From assembly GCA_037443665.1 (NCBI GenBank), contig JBBINW010000009.1:6182-70181 (forward strand): a stretch of DNA of 64,000 nucleotides. Reading direction: 5' to 3'. Position numbers and translations under genes: made by a program. The notes below the pieces were generated by a model. It worked only from the letters and a program-made list of their open reading frames with translations, was not told where the DNA came from and ran no database searches. This DNA is from Betaproteobacteria bacterium. Its GTDB lineage: Bacteria > Pseudomonadota > Gammaproteobacteria > Burkholderiales > Burkholderiaceae_C. Shown piece after piece: positions 1 to 10,421 of the stretch. How positions within the stretch are numbered: position 1 is the stretch's first letter; every line of letters begins with the position of its first letter.

Positions 1-4
1 GATC

Positions 5-643
5 GTGCGCGGCACCGACCTCACGCGACTGATGGTGACGATGGGCGTGGCCCTGGTGCTGCTCGAGCTGGCCAACAAGTTCGACGACATCACCGGCGGC
101 GCCGACGGCCTGCAGGGCGTGGTCATCGGCCCGTTGCTCGGCCGCTTCGACTTCGACCTTGCCGCCCGGGTGGCGTCGTTCTATTCGCTGGCCGTGCTGT
201 TCCTGGCCTTCCTCGTGCTCAGGCGCGTCGTCCATTCGCCGCTGGGCATCTCGCTGCAGGCGCTGCGCGACAACCGGCTGCGCCTGGCCGCGATCGGCCT
301 GTCGGTCAACGGCCGCCTGGCCGCGGTCTACACGCTCGGCGCAGCGCTTGCCGGCACGGCCGGCGCGCTGCTGGCGCAGACCACCGGGTTCGCGTCGCTC
401 GACGGGTTCGAGTTCCATCGCAGCGCCGACGTGATGCTGGCGCTGGTCATCGGTGGCACCGGCTGGCTGTGGGGCGGGCTGATCGGCGCCATCGCGTTCA
501 AGGTGCTGCACGACCTGATCTCGGCCATCACGCCGCAGTACTGGACGTTCTGGATCGGCCTGTTCCTGGTCGTGCTGATGCTGGTCGGCCGCGAGCGACT
601 GCTGCGGCCATGGACCTGGCGGCGGCCCGGAGGCGCCAGGTGA
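5..643 (+). CDS. Branched-chain amino acid ABC transporter permease (LivM-like), 5'-truncated by the window edge
   Basis: Multi-TM protein with ITGGADGLQG and VIGGTGWLWG motifs; first of three ABC genes. Confidence 0.85.
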   Translation: MRGTDLTRLMVTMGVALVLLELANKFDDITGGADGLQGVVIGPLLGRFDFDLAARVASFYSLAVLFLAFLVLRRVVHSPLGISLQALRDNRLRLAAIGLSVNGRLAAVYTLGAALAGTAGALLAQTTGFASLDGFEFHRSADVMLALVIGGTGWLWGGLIGAIAFKVLHDLISAITPQYWTFWIGLFLVVLMLVGRERLLRPWTWRRPGGAR

Positions 644-1413
644 GTGCCGAGGTCGTGCTGCGCACGCATGCGCTGGTCAAGCGCTTCGGCGGCATCACCG
701 CCACCGACCACGTCTCGCTGGCGATCGGGCGCGGCGCGCGGCATGCGCTGATCGGCCCCAACGGCGCTGGCAAGACGACGCTGATCAACCAGCTTACCGG
801 CGTGCTCGCGCCCAGTTCGGGACGGGTCGAACTGCAGGGTCGCGACATCACGACGCTGACGCCCTACAAGCGTGTCGGCCTCGGCCTCGTGCGCACGTTC
901 CAGATCAACCAGCTTTTCGCCACGCTGACGCCGCTGCAGAGCCTTGCGCTGTCGGTGGCCGGGCGCCGCGGCCGCGCGGCGCGCTGGTGGCAGCCGATGG
1001 GCGCCGACGCCGCCATCGCCGGCGAATGCGAGGCGCTGCTGGCCCAGTTCCGGCTCGAGGCGCACGCCCAACAGCCCACGCGCGAGCTCCCCTACGGCAA
1101 GCGACGGCTGCTCGAGATCGCGCTGGCGGTGGCCCAGAAGCCGAGCGTGCTGCTCCTCGACGAGCCCGCCGCCGGCGTGCCGGCGGCCGAGCGCGCCGAC
1201 ATCCTGGCCACCGTGGCCGCGCTGCCGCAGGAGGTCGCGGTGGTGCTGATCGAGCACGACATGGACCTCGTGTTCAGCTTCGCCACCCGTATCACCGTGC
1301 TCGTCAACGGCGGCGTGCTGACCGAAGGCGAGCCGGCCGAGATCGCGCGCGACCCGCAGGTCAGGGCGGTCTATCTGGGCGGCGTGGGCGGCGCGGAGCC
1401 GGGCCATGGCTGA
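640..1413 (+). CDS. ABC transporter ATP-binding protein (LivG-like)
   Basis: GTG at 640 overlaps upstream TGA; Walker A GPNGAGKT, LLLDEP, EHDM. Confidence 0.9.
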   Translation: MSAEVVLRTHALVKRFGGITATDHVSLAIGRGARHALIGPNGAGKTTLINQLTGVLAPSSGRVELQGRDITTLTPYKRVGLGLVRTFQINQLFATLTPLQSLALSVAGRRGRAARWWQPMGADAAIAGECEALLAQFRLEAHAQQPTRELPYGKRRLLEIALAVAQKPSVLLLDEPAAGVPAAERADILATVAALPQEVAVVLIEHDMDLVFSFATRITVLVNGGVLTEGEPAEIARDPQVRAVYLGGVGGAEPGHG

Positions 1414-2119
1414 AGCGCTGCTCGAGGTGCAGGGCCTGCGTTGCGGCTACGGCGAGTCCGTCGTGCTCAGCGACGTGAGCTTCACGCTGCAGGCCGGTCG
1501 CTCGCTGGCGCTGCTGGGCCGCAACGGCAGCGGCAAGACGACGCTGATCGACACCCTGGTCGGCGTCACCCGCCGGCATGCCGGCACGATCCGCCTGGCC
1601 GGGCGCGAGATCCAGTCGCTGCCGGGCTTCGAGCGTGCCGCCGCCGGCATCGGCTGGGTGCCGCAGGAGCGCAACATCTTCAAGTCGCTGACGGTGGCCG
1701 AAAACCTGAGCGCGGTCGCCCGCGCCGGCCCCTGGACCGAGGCGCGGGTCTATGCGCTGTTCCCGCGCCTGGCCGAGCGCAGGAAGAACCTGGGCACCCA
1801 GCTGTCGGGCGGCGAGCAGCAGATGCTCGCCTTCGGCCGCGCGCTGGTGCTCAACCCCAAGCTGCTGCTGCTCGACGAGCCGCTCGAGGGCCTGGCACCG
1901 ATCATCGTCGAGGAACTGCTGCGCGCCATCCGCCGGGTCGCGCGCGACGACGGCCTGCCGTCGATCGTCGTCGAGCAGCATCCGCACCTCGTGCTCGGCG
2001 TCACCGACGACGCGATCGTCCTCGACCGCGGCGGCATCGCCTATCGTGCCACCAGCGAGGCGCTGCTGGCCGACCCCGCCCCGCTGGACGCCTGGCTGGG
2101 CGTGGCCAGGGCGCCCTGA
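1406..2119 (+). CDS. ABC transporter ATP-binding protein (LivF-like)
   Basis: Walker A GRNGSGKT, signature LSGGEQQ, LLLDEP. Confidence 0.9.
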   Translation: MAEALLEVQGLRCGYGESVVLSDVSFTLQAGRSLALLGRNGSGKTTLIDTLVGVTRRHAGTIRLAGREIQSLPGFERAAAGIGWVPQERNIFKSLTVAENLSAVARAGPWTEARVYALFPRLAERRKNLGTQLSGGEQQMLAFGRALVLNPKLLLLDEPLEGLAPIIVEELLRAIRRVARDDGLPSIVVEQHPHLVLGVTDDAIVLDRGGIAYRATSEALLADPAPLDAWLGVARAP

Positions 2120-2142
2120 ATCCATCGTCCAAGGAGATCACA

Positions 2143-3258
2143 GTGACGCTACGCACCATGCCACCGTTCCGCGCCGACCATGTCGGCAGCTTCCTGCGCC
2201 CGAAGTCCCTGCTCGACGCGCGCGCGCAGAAGGCGCGCGGCGAGATCACCGCCGAGCAGCTGCGCGCGGTCGAGGACAAGGCCATCGTCGAGGTCGTCCA
2301 GATGCAGCAGGAGGTGGAGTTGCAGAGCATCACCGACGGCGAGTTCCGTCGTACCTACTTCCACATCGACTTCCTCGACCAGCTCGGCGGTGTCAAGACC
2401 GACATCCCGGTGACGGTAAGGAAGGCCGACGGCACCGAGGAGCTCGCGCCACCGGTGCTGCGCGTGATCGACAAGGTGCGCCACTTGAAGGACATCCAGC
2501 GCGCCGACTTCGAGTTCCTCAAGCGCCAGGTCGCGCCGGGGATGACGCCCAAGGTCACGATTCCCTCGCCGACGATGCTGCATTTCCGCGGCGGCCGCGC
2601 CGGCATTAGCAGGCAGCACTACCCCGAGCTCGATCCCGACTTCTACGACGACGTGGCCACGGCCTACGGCGAGGAACTGCGCTCGCTGTACAACGCCGGC
2701 TGCCGCTACGTGCAGATGGACGACACCAACATGGCCTACCTCTGCGACGAGAAGATGCGCGAGTCGGCGCGCCAGCGCGGCGACGACCCCAACGAGCTGC
2801 CGCACCGCTACGCCACCTTCATCAACAAGGTCGTAGCGCGCAAGCCGCCCGGCATGGTGCTGGCGATGCACCTGTGCCGCGGCAACTTCAAGAGCACCCA
2901 CGCCGCGGCCGGCAACTACGAGCCGGTGGCCGAGGCGCTGCTGGCGGAGATGAACCTCGACGCCTACTTCATGGAGTACGACGACGAACGCAGCGGCGAC
3001 TTCCGCCCGCTGCGCTTCCTGCCCAAGGGCAAAATCGTCGTCCTCGGCCTGGTGACGACCAAGTTCGGCGAGATGGAGAGCAAGGATGACCTCAAGCGCC
3101 GCATCGACGAGGCTGCGAAGTACGCGCCGCTGGAGCAGTTGTGCCTGAGCCCGCAGTGCGGCTTCTCGAGCACCGTGCACGGCAACAACATCGCGGTGGA
3201 GGTGCAGCGCGCCAAACTCCGCCTGGTCGTGGAGACTGCGCGCGAGGTCTGGGGCTGA
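2143..3258 (+). CDS. Cobalamin-independent methionine synthase II family, single catalytic barrel (YxjH-like)
   Basis: AAGGAG RBS before GTG 2143; RADHVGSFLRP, TDGEFRR, zinc ligands in HLCRGN, MEYD and SPQCGF; about 370 aa with no N-terminal barrel. Confidence 0.85.
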   Translation: MTLRTMPPFRADHVGSFLRPKSLLDARAQKARGEITAEQLRAVEDKAIVEVVQMQQEVELQSITDGEFRRTYFHIDFLDQLGGVKTDIPVTVRKADGTEELAPPVLRVIDKVRHLKDIQRADFEFLKRQVAPGMTPKVTIPSPTMLHFRGGRAGISRQHYPELDPDFYDDVATAYGEELRSLYNAGCRYVQMDDTNMAYLCDEKMRESARQRGDDPNELPHRYATFINKVVARKPPGMVLAMHLCRGNFKSTHAAAGNYEPVAEALLAEMNLDAYFMEYDDERSGDFRPLRFLPKGKIVVLGLVTTKFGEMESKDDLKRRIDEAAKYAPLEQLCLSPQCGFSSTVHGNNIAVEVQRAKLRLVVETAREVWG

Positions 3259-3319
3259 CCCGAGAACGCCGACACCCGAACATGCTCGGCAGCGCTGCGC
3301 GTGCACCGACCTGCGGCTC

Positions 3320-3694
3320 TCAGGCGGCGCGGCCGGGGTCAACGCCCTGGGCAGACGTCGAGCGGAGCATCTCGATCACCTGCGCAGCCTGCGGCTGGGT
3401 GCGCCGCACCCGGTCGTCAAAGTGCTGCCGCGCCTGTTCCCCGTAGCGCTGATAGATCTTCCAGCCGACCCCGCCGATCAGCGCCAGCAGGATCAGGCTG
3501 CGCGCGGCGCGGGCGAACGAGACGATCACCGCGATGCCCATGCCGAACGCGACCCACTTCACCCACCAGCGGCCGTCGAGCGTCATCCAGTTGATGAGCC
3601 CGCAAAGGCCGACCACGAAGAGGGCCTTGAACGGCATGAAGACTGCATCGGTGATGTGCTTGACGGGGCGGATGACGAAACGCAGCGGGTTCAT
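3320..3694 (-). CDS. Hypothetical membrane protein, 124 aa, 2-3 TM
   Basis: GAAGGGAG RBS before ATG; GC3-biased codons; hydrophobic segments. Confidence 0.7.
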   Translation of the reverse strand: MNPLRFVIRPVKHITDAVFMPFKALFVVGLCGLINWMTLDGRWWVKWVAFGMGIAVIVSFARAARSLILLALIGGVGWKIYQRYGEQARQHFDDRVRRTQPQAAQVIEMLRSTSAQGVDPGRAA

Positions 3695-3877
3695 GCAGTC
3701 TCCCTTCGTCCGGGGGTGAGGAAAGCGTAGGCCGGCCTCCCGCAGGCCACAAGTCGGCAGCGACGAACTGCGGCCGGCAGGTGCGGATCGACGGCAACGC
3801 CACCCGAGACGCACCCAGCGGCGACAATCGGCCAGCGCCTCGGCCCGAAATTCCAGCCCCTCGACCCTGACTCCGCC

Positions 3878-5260
3878 ATGACCGTCCACCTCGCCAAGCC
3901 GCGCCGCGGCAGCATCGCCATCTACACGACGACCCGCGCGCAGTTCGCGGTCCATGCCGAGGCGCTGACGCCCGCCGCCCGGCGCTGGCTGCAGACGACC
4001 GGCTTCGACGGCGTGCCCGAAACCCACGCGCTGCTGCCCGGGGACGACGGCGGGATCGCCGCCGTCTGGGCCGGTGTCCGCGACGCCGCTCATCCGTGGG
4101 CACTGGCGGCCTTGCCCAAGGCCCTGCCGGCCGGCGCCTACCACCTGGCGGATGCGTCGCCGCTGGCGCTGGACCCGGCGGCTGCCGCGCTGTCGTGGGA
4201 ACTCGGCGGCTACAGCTTCGACCTCTACAAGCCGGCCGCGCGCGAGCCGGCGCAGCTGCACCTGCCGGCCACCGACGCGGCGCGGCGCGGGCTGATCGTG
4301 GCCGCGGCGATCGCGTCGGCCCGCGACCTCGTCAACACGCCGGCCGAGCACTTGGGCCCGGCCGAGCTGGCCGAGGCGGTGCAGCTGGTGGCGCGCCAGC
4401 ATGGCGCCACCTTCAGGCAGACCGTGGGCGACAAGCTGCTGGAAGCGGGCTTCCCGGCCATCCACGCGGTGGGACGCGCGGCGACCCGCGCGCCGCGGCT
4501 CATCGAGCTGAACTGGGGCAAGCCCAAGCACCCGCGGCTGACCCTGGTCGGCAAGGGGGTGTGCTTCGACAGCGGCGGCCTGGACCTCAAGAGCGCCGAC
4601 GGCATGCGGTTGATGAAGAAGGACATGGGGGGCGCCGCGAATGCGCTGGGGCTGGCGCAGATGATCATGGCGCTGCGACTGCCGGTGCGGCTGCAGCTGC
4701 TGATCCCCGCGGTGGAGAACGCCGTCGCCGGCAACGCCTATCGCCCGGGCGACGTCTTCAAGACGCGCAAGGGCCTGCACATCGAGATCGGCAACACCGA
4801 CGCCGAGGGCCGCGTGATCCTGTGCGACGCGCTGGCCTACGGCGCCGAGACCGAGCCGGCGCTGATGATCGATATGGCCACCCTCACTGGCGCCGCCCGC
4901 GTGGCGCTGGGGGCACAGCTGCCGGCGCTGTTCTGCCGCGACACGGCGCTGGCCCGCGGGCTGGTCGATCGCGGCCTGGCGCTGGACGACCCGCTGTGGC
5001 ACCTGCCGCTGTGGCGCGACTACCACCGCGGCATCGAAAGCGACATCGCCGACATCGTCAACACCGGCAAGGGCGCCCTGGGCGGCGCGATCAACGCGGC
5101 AATCTTCCTCGAGGACTTCGTACCCGAAGACCTGCCATGGCTGCATATCGACCTGTTCGCCTGGAACGACAGCGCGCGCCCCGGCCGACCCGTGGGCGGC
5201 GAGGCCCAGACGCTGCGCACGCTGCTTGCGTACCTGGAGGAGCGCTTCGGCGCCGCTTAA
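3878..5260 (+). CDS. M17 leucyl aminopeptidase family (PepB-like)
   Basis: [29 protein letters not shown]. Confidence 0.92.
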   Translation: MTVHLAKPRRGSIAIYTTTRAQFAVHAEALTPAARRWLQTTGFDGVPETHALLPGDDGGIAAVWAGVRDAAHPWALAALPKALPAGAYHLADASPLALDPAAAALSWELGGYSFDLYKPAAREPAQLHLPATDAARRGLIVAAAIASARDLVNTPAEHLGPAELAEAVQLVARQHGATFRQTVGDKLLEAGFPAIHAVGRAATRAPRLIELNWGKPKHPRLTLVGKGVCFDSGGLDLKSADGMRLMKKDMGGAANALGLAQMIMALRLPVRLQLLIPAVENAVAGNAYRPGDVFKTRKGLHIEIGNTDAEGRVILCDALAYGAETEPALMIDMATLTGAARVALGAQLPALFCRDTALARGLVDRGLALDDPLWHLPLWRDYHRGIESDIADIVNTGKGALGGAINAAIFLEDFVPEDLPWLHIDLFAWNDSARPGRPVGGEAQTLRTLLAYLEERFGAA

Positions 5261-6201
5261 GTCGCCTCGGAGGCCAGCCTGCCGAACAGCCGCTCGCCGA
5301 CCGCGGCCGGCTCGCTGAGCGTGCGCACGGCGTCGAATGCCTCCTGCGCTGGCGGGTGTCGGCGCCGCAGCATGTTCAGCCATTGCTTGAGCCTTCCGGC
5401 ACGGTGGCGCGGTGCGACATGGCTGGCGATGCGCGTCCAGTAATGCGCCACCAGCGGCAGCAGCTCGGGCCAGCCGGGCACCGCGGCTCCGCGCAGTGCC
5501 AGCGCCAGGCCCGGGTCGGCGACCATGCCGCGGCCGAGCATGATCGCGTCGCACCCGCTCACCGTCAGGCAGCGCAGCGCGTCGTCTACGGTCCAGACCT
5601 CGCCGTTAGCCACCACCGGGATCGCGACCGCAGCGCGGATGACGGCGATCTGTTCCCAGTACGCCGGGGGTCGGTAGCCGTCCAGCTTGGTCCGTGCGTG
5701 GACGACGATCTCGTCCGCGCCGGCGCCGGCGATGGCCTGCGCGCAATCGACCATGCGCGAGGCGTCGAGGTGACCCAGCCGCATCTTGGCTGACACCTCG
5801 ATCCCGGCCGGCACCGCGCGCCGCACCGCGGCCACGATGGCGTGGACGAGTTCGGGCTCGTCGAGCAGCACCGCGCCGCCGCGATGGCGGTTGACGGTGG
5901 GCGCCGGGCAGCCGAAGTTGAGGTCGATGCCTGCCGGCGCCAGCGTGGCTAGGCGCGCCGCGTTCTCGGCCAGGCAGGCCACGTCGCTGCCCAGCAGCTG
6001 CGGGCGCACCGGGGTTCCGGCGGCGGTGCGGCTGGCCGTGAGCAGCTCGGGCACCACGCGCGTGAAGACGCGCTCGGGCAGCAGCTGGTCCGTGATGCGG
6101 ATGAACTCCGAGACGCAGCGATCGACCCCGCCGACCCGCGTGAGCGTGTCGCGCAGGCTGTGGTCGAGCAGCCCCTCCATCGGGGCGAGCAGGATGCGCA
6201 C
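5257..6201 (-). CDS. dusC: tRNA-dihydrouridine synthase C
   Basis: LAPMEG, NFGCP, HART, ANGEV, MLGRG. Confidence 0.88.
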   Translation of the reverse strand: MRILLAPMEGLLDHSLRDTLTRVGGVDRCVSEFIRITDQLLPERVFTRVVPELLTASRTAAGTPVRPQLLGSDVACLAENAARLATLAPAGIDLNFGCPAPTVNRHRGGAVLLDEPELVHAIVAAVRRAVPAGIEVSAKMRLGHLDASRMVDCAQAIAGAGADEIVVHARTKLDGYRPPAYWEQIAVIRAAVAIPVVANGEVWTVDDALRCLTVSGCDAIMLGRGMVADPGLALALRGAAVPGWPELLPLVAHYWTRIASHVAPRHRAGRLKQWLNMLRRRHPPAQEAFDAVRTLSEPAAVGERLFGRLASEAT

Positions 6202-6422
6202 GATCCGGCTCAGGGGATTCAGTGGGAGTCCGGCGCGACGAACTCGCCGGACTCGCGGCGCACACGTCCCATCGGCGCGAGCGGTGGTGGCGGCTGCATG
6301 GTGTCGGACATGCCTTGATTGTGCGCGACGTGATCAATCCCACTGCAGCGATGGCCTGCCGCCAAGCCCGCCCGCCGGCACGTTCGCACTGCGGCCGATC
6401 GGCGACGCCGGGCCAACCCCAC

Positions 6423-6469
6423 TTGCGCGGGCCGGAGCGCCTCGCTTAGATTAGCCGACCGTTCGGTCG
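6423..6469 (+). promoter_or_regulatory. Putative sigma70 promoter of the paa operon with TetR/PaaR-type palindromic operator
   Basis: TTGCGC (6423-28)-N18-TAGATT (6447-52), then palindrome CGACCG-TT-CGGTCG (6456-69). Confidence 0.6.
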
Positions 6470-6490
6470 AACAATCAATCCGGAAACTGG

Positions 6491-7273
6491 ATGTCCGAAG
6501 CGCCCGTTCTCGTTGCCGGCGATGGCGCCGTGCGTGTCGTCACGCTCAACCGGCCAGCGGCCCTTAACAGCTTCACCGCCGCGATGCACGCTGCGCTGCT
6601 GCCGGCGCTGGACGCCGCGGCCGCCGACGCCGAGGTGCGCGCGGTGGTGATCACCGGCAGCGGACGCGGCTTCTGCGCCGGGCAGGACCTGAACGACCCT
6701 GCGATGGTCGGCAATGTTGATGTCGGTGCCGTCATCGAGCGCTTCTACCGGCCGCTGGCCACCCGGGTGCGGACGATGCCGGTGCCGGTGATCGCCGCCG
6801 TCAACGGTGTGGCCGCGGGCGCCGGGGCGAATTTCGCGCTGTGCTGCGATTTCGTCGTCGCCGCCAGGTCGGCCAGCTTCATCCAGGCTTTTAGCAAGAT
6901 CGGCCTGGTGCCCGACTGCGGTGGCACCTGGCTGCTGCCGCGACTGGTCGGCCGCGCGCGTGCGCTGGGCCTCGCGATGACCGGCGACAAGCTGCCGGCC
7001 GAGGAGGCGGCGCGCATCGGCCTGATCTGGCAATGCGTCGACGCCGCGGTGCTCACCGACACGGTGATGGCGCTGGCCGCGCGCCTGGCCGCGATGCCCG
7101 CCAAGGCCCTCGCCGAGACCCGGCGCGTCCTCGACGCAGCGATGCCGCTGGACTTCGCCGACGCCATCACGCTGGAGGCCGACACCCAGCGCGAGCTTGG
7201 CCGTGCGCGCGATTTCGGCGAAGGCGTGGCGGCGTTCTTCGCCAAGCGGCCGCCGGTGTTCAAGGACCGATAG
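6491..7273 (+). CDS. paaG: 2-(1,2-epoxy-1,2-dihydrophenyl)acetyl-CoA isomerase (crotonase family)
   Basis: FCAGQDL, AAVNGVAAGAGAN, PDCGGTW (single catalytic Asp); first gene of the paa cluster. Confidence 0.88.
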   Translation: MSEAPVLVAGDGAVRVVTLNRPAALNSFTAAMHAALLPALDAAAADAEVRAVVITGSGRGFCAGQDLNDPAMVGNVDVGAVIERFYRPLATRVRTMPVPVIAAVNGVAAGAGANFALCCDFVVAARSASFIQAFSKIGLVPDCGGTWLLPRLVGRARALGLAMTGDKLPAEEAARIGLIWQCVDAAVLTDTVMALAARLAAMPAKALAETRRVLDAAMPLDFADAITLEADTQRELGRARDFGEGVAAFFAKRPPVFKDR

Positions 7274-7276
7274 CCG

Positions 7277-7726
7277 ATGACGCCGCAGTTGTTGGCTGAA
7301 GCGTGCCGCGACGCCATGTGGCGCGACGACCGGGCGAGCAAGTCGCTCGGCATGCAGGTGCTGGCCGTCGGCCCGGGCACGGCGACGCTGGCGATGGTGG
7401 TGCGCGAGGACATGCTCAACGGCCACGACATCTGCCACGGCGGCCTCGTCACCACGCTGGCCGACAGCGCCTTCGCCTTCGCCTGCAACGCCTACAACGA
7501 GCTCACCGTGGCCTCGGGCTTCGATGTCAACCTGATCGCCGCGGCGCGGCTGGGTGACCGGCTCACCGCAGTGGCCAGCGAGGTCAGCAAGTCTGGCCGC
7601 ACCGGCGTCTATGACATCGCCGTCAGCAACCAGCGCGGCGAGCCGGTGGCAGCGTTCCGCGGCCGCTCCTACGCGATGAAGGGCAAGCCGCTGATCGCAG
7701 GACTGCCGATGGGCAAGACGACATGA
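7277..7726 (+). CDS. paaI: Hydroxyphenylacetyl-CoA thioesterase
   Basis: MLNGHDICHGG, LADSAFAFACN hot-dog fold motif. Confidence 0.92.
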   Translation: MTPQLLAEACRDAMWRDDRASKSLGMQVLAVGPGTATLAMVVREDMLNGHDICHGGLVTTLADSAFAFACNAYNELTVASGFDVNLIAAARLGDRLTAVASEVSKSGRTGVYDIAVSNQRGEPVAAFRGRSYAMKGKPLIAGLPMGKTT

Positions 7727-7739
7727 AGGAGTCGCCGCG

Positions 7740-9047
7740 ATGCCGGTGAAAACGCCCGCCCCCGGTGACCTCGAGCCGATCGAGGCCGCCAGCCGCGATG
7801 AGCTGCAGGCGCTGCAACTGCAGCGCCTGCGCGCCACGCTGCAGCGGGCCTACGACCACGTGCCGCACTACCACCGGGCCTTCGACGCCGCCGGCGTGCA
7901 CCCGGCCGACTGCCGCACGCTGGCCGACCTGGCGAAGTACCCTTTCACGAGCAAGGCTGACCTGCGCGCGCATTACCCGTTCGGCATGTTCGCGGTGCCG
8001 CGCGAGCAGGTGGTGCGCATCCATGCCTCGTCCGGCACCACCGGCAAGCCGACCGTGGTCGGCTACACGCGGGGCGACATCGACCGCTGGGCCGACCTGG
8101 TCGCGCGATCGATCCGCGCCAGCGGCGGGCGGCCGGGCGACATCGTGCACGTCTCGTACGGCTATGGCCTGTTCACCGGCGGCCTGGGCGCACACTACGG
8201 TGCCGAGCGCCTGGGCTGCACAGTGATCCCGATGGGCGGCGGGCAGACCGAGAAGCAGGTCCAGCTGATCGAGGACTTCAGGCCCGACATCATCATGGTC
8301 ACGCCGAGCTACATGCAGGTGATCGTCGAGGAGTTCATGCGACAGGGCAAGGAGCCGCGCGCGATGTCGATCAGCGTCGGCATCTTCGGCGCGGAGCCAT
8401 GGACCGAGGCGATGCGGCGCGACATCGAGCAAAGCGCAGGCATCGACGCGGTGGACATCTACGGCCTTAGCGAGGTGCTGGGCCCGGGCGTGGCCAACGA
8501 ATGCATCGAGAGCAAGGACGGCCCGGTGATCTGGGAGGACCACTTCTACCCCGAGATCATCGACCCCGACACCGGCGCGGTGCTGCCCGAGGGCAGGGAG
8601 GGCGAACTCGTCTTCACGACGCTGACCAAGGAGGCGCTGCCGGTCATCCGCTACCGTACGCGCGACCTCACACGGCTGCTGCCGCCCACCGTGCGCAGCA
8701 TGCGCCGGATGGGCAAGATCGTCGGCCGCAGCGACGACATGCTGATCATCCGTGGCATCAACTTGTTCCCGACCCAGATCGAGGAGATCGTGTTGCAGCA
8801 GGGGCAACTCTCGGGGCAGTACCAGCTGGTCGTCACGCGCGAGCACCTGCTCGACGAGCTGCAGGTGCGCTGCGAGCTGGCGCTGCAGCACCTGCACGCC
8901 GACCGCGGCGCAATCGCGCACGAGCTGCAGCACCGCATCAAGACGCTGGTAGGCGTGAACGCGCGGGTCGACGTCGGCCTGCCCGATTCGATCGAACGCA
9001 CGCTGGTGGGCAAGGCCCGCCGTGTGGTGGACAAGCGACCCCGCTGA
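7740..9047 (+). CDS. paaK: Phenylacetate-CoA ligase
   Basis: [26 protein letters not shown]. Confidence 0.95.
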   Translation: MPVKTPAPGDLEPIEAASRDELQALQLQRLRATLQRAYDHVPHYHRAFDAAGVHPADCRTLADLAKYPFTSKADLRAHYPFGMFAVPREQVVRIHASSGTTGKPTVVGYTRGDIDRWADLVARSIRASGGRPGDIVHVSYGYGLFTGGLGAHYGAERLGCTVIPMGGGQTEKQVQLIEDFRPDIIMVTPSYMQVIVEEFMRQGKEPRAMSISVGIFGAEPWTEAMRRDIEQSAGIDAVDIYGLSEVLGPGVANECIESKDGPVIWEDHFYPEIIDPDTGAVLPEGREGELVFTTLTKEALPVIRYRTRDLTRLLPPTVRSMRRMGKIVGRSDDMLIIRGINLFPTQIEEIVLQQGQLSGQYQLVVTREHLLDELQVRCELALQHLHADRGAIAHELQHRIKTLVGVNARVDVGLPDSIERTLVGKARRVVDKRPR

Positions 9048-9090
9048 GGCGGGGTCTGGGCGGCGAACGGCGCCGGAAAGGGAGCATGGC

Positions 9091-10104
9091 ATGTACACGC
9101 AGGCGATGGACCTCGGGCCCGCGGAAGACCACAAGGCGGTGCGCAGCACCGAGGAAGCCGCGCTCGAAGTCCGCTTCGACGACTGCATCGACGCCGGCGG
9201 TTTCATTGAGGCCAAGGACTGGATGCCGGAGCATTACCGCCGGACGCTGGTGCGCCAGATCAGCCAGCACGCGCACAGCGAGATCGTCGGCATGCTGCCG
9301 GAGGGCAACTGGGTCACGCGCGCACCCACCCTCAAGCGCAAGGCGATCCTGCTGGCCAAGATCCAGGACGAGGGTGGCCACGGCCTGTACCTCTACGCCG
9401 CCGCCGAGACGCTGGGCACCAGCCGCGACGAGATGCTGGCCGCGCTGCACGGCGGCAAGGCCAAGTACAGCTCGATTTTCAACTACCCGACGCTGACCTG
9501 GGCCGACATCGGCGTCATCGGCTGGCTCGTCGATGGCGCGGCGATCATGAACCAGGTGCCGCTGACGCGCTGCAGCTACGCGCCCTATGCGCGCGCGATG
9601 GTGCGCATCTGCCGCGAGGAGAGCTTCCACCAGCGCCAGGGCTTCGACGCGCTGCGGGTGATGATGGAGGAGGGCACCGCGGCGCAGCGGGCGATGGTGC
9701 AGGACGCGGTGGACCGCTGGTGGTGGCCGAGCCTGATGATGTTCGGGCCGCCCGACGCGGCCAGCCCGAACAGCGCGCAGAGCATGCGCTGGGGCATCAA
9801 GCGGCTGTCCAACGACGAACTGCGGCAGAAGTTCGTCGATGCCACCGCCGAGCAGGCCCGGGTGCTCGGCGTGGTGCCGCCTGATCCGCTGCTGAAGTGG
9901 AACGCGGCACGGGGCCATCACGACTTCGGCCCCATCGACTGGGACGAGTTCTGGCGCGTCGTCGGTGGCGACGGGCCTTGCAACCGGGAGCGGCTGGCCG
10001 CGCGCGTCAAGGCCTGGGACGACGGCGCCTGGGTGCGCGAGGCTGCGCTGGCGCATGCGGACAAACGGGCGCGCCAGCAGGCGTCGAAGGAGCGGGCGGC
10101 ATGA
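9091..10104 (+). CDS. paaA: Phenylacetyl-CoA epoxidase subunit A
   Basis: GGAG RBS before ATG 9091; [24 protein letters not shown] di-iron motifs. Confidence 0.95.
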   Translation: MYTQAMDLGPAEDHKAVRSTEEAALEVRFDDCIDAGGFIEAKDWMPEHYRRTLVRQISQHAHSEIVGMLPEGNWVTRAPTLKRKAILLAKIQDEGGHGLYLYAAAETLGTSRDEMLAALHGGKAKYSSIFNYPTLTWADIGVIGWLVDGAAIMNQVPLTRCSYAPYARAMVRICREESFHQRQGFDALRVMMEEGTAAQRAMVQDAVDRWWWPSLMMFGPPDAASPNSAQSMRWGIKRLSNDELRQKFVDATAEQARVLGVVPPDPLLKWNAARGHHDFGPIDWDEFWRVVGGDGPCNRERLAARVKAWDDGAWVREAALAHADKRARQQASKERAA

Positions 10105-10421
10105 GCGGGACGCAGACCGAGGCGCCGGGGTCGGGGATGGCGGCGGAGTGGCCGCTGTGGGAGGTGTTCGTGCGCCAGAAGTCGGGTCTGGACCACAAGC
10201 ATTGTGGCAGCCTGCACGCCAGCGACGCGAAGATGGCGGTGCAGCTCGCGCGCGAGGTCTACACGCGGCGCCAGGAAGGCACCAGCGTGTGGGTCGTCAA
10301 GAGCAGCGACATCACCGCCAGCGACCCCGTCGACCGGTCGATGTACTTCGACCCGATGGAAGACAAGGTCTATCGTCACCCGAGCTTCTACAAGCTGCCC
10401 GAGTCGGTGAACCACATGTAG
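10101..10421 (+). CDS. paaB: Phenylacetyl-CoA epoxidase subunit B
   Basis: [27 protein letters not shown]; ATGA overlap with paaA. Confidence 0.93.
   Translation: MSGTQTEAPGSGMAAEWPLWEVFVRQKSGLDHKHCGSLHASDAKMAVQLAREVYTRRQEGTSVWVVKSSDITASDPVDRSMYFDPMEDKVYRHPSFYKLPESVNHM

Noticed and set aside
1441-2142. N-terminal 234 aa of the 605-aa ORF 1441-3258
   Set aside because: Out-of-frame overlap with the LivF-like gene; the real protein starts at GTG 2143 after AAGGAG
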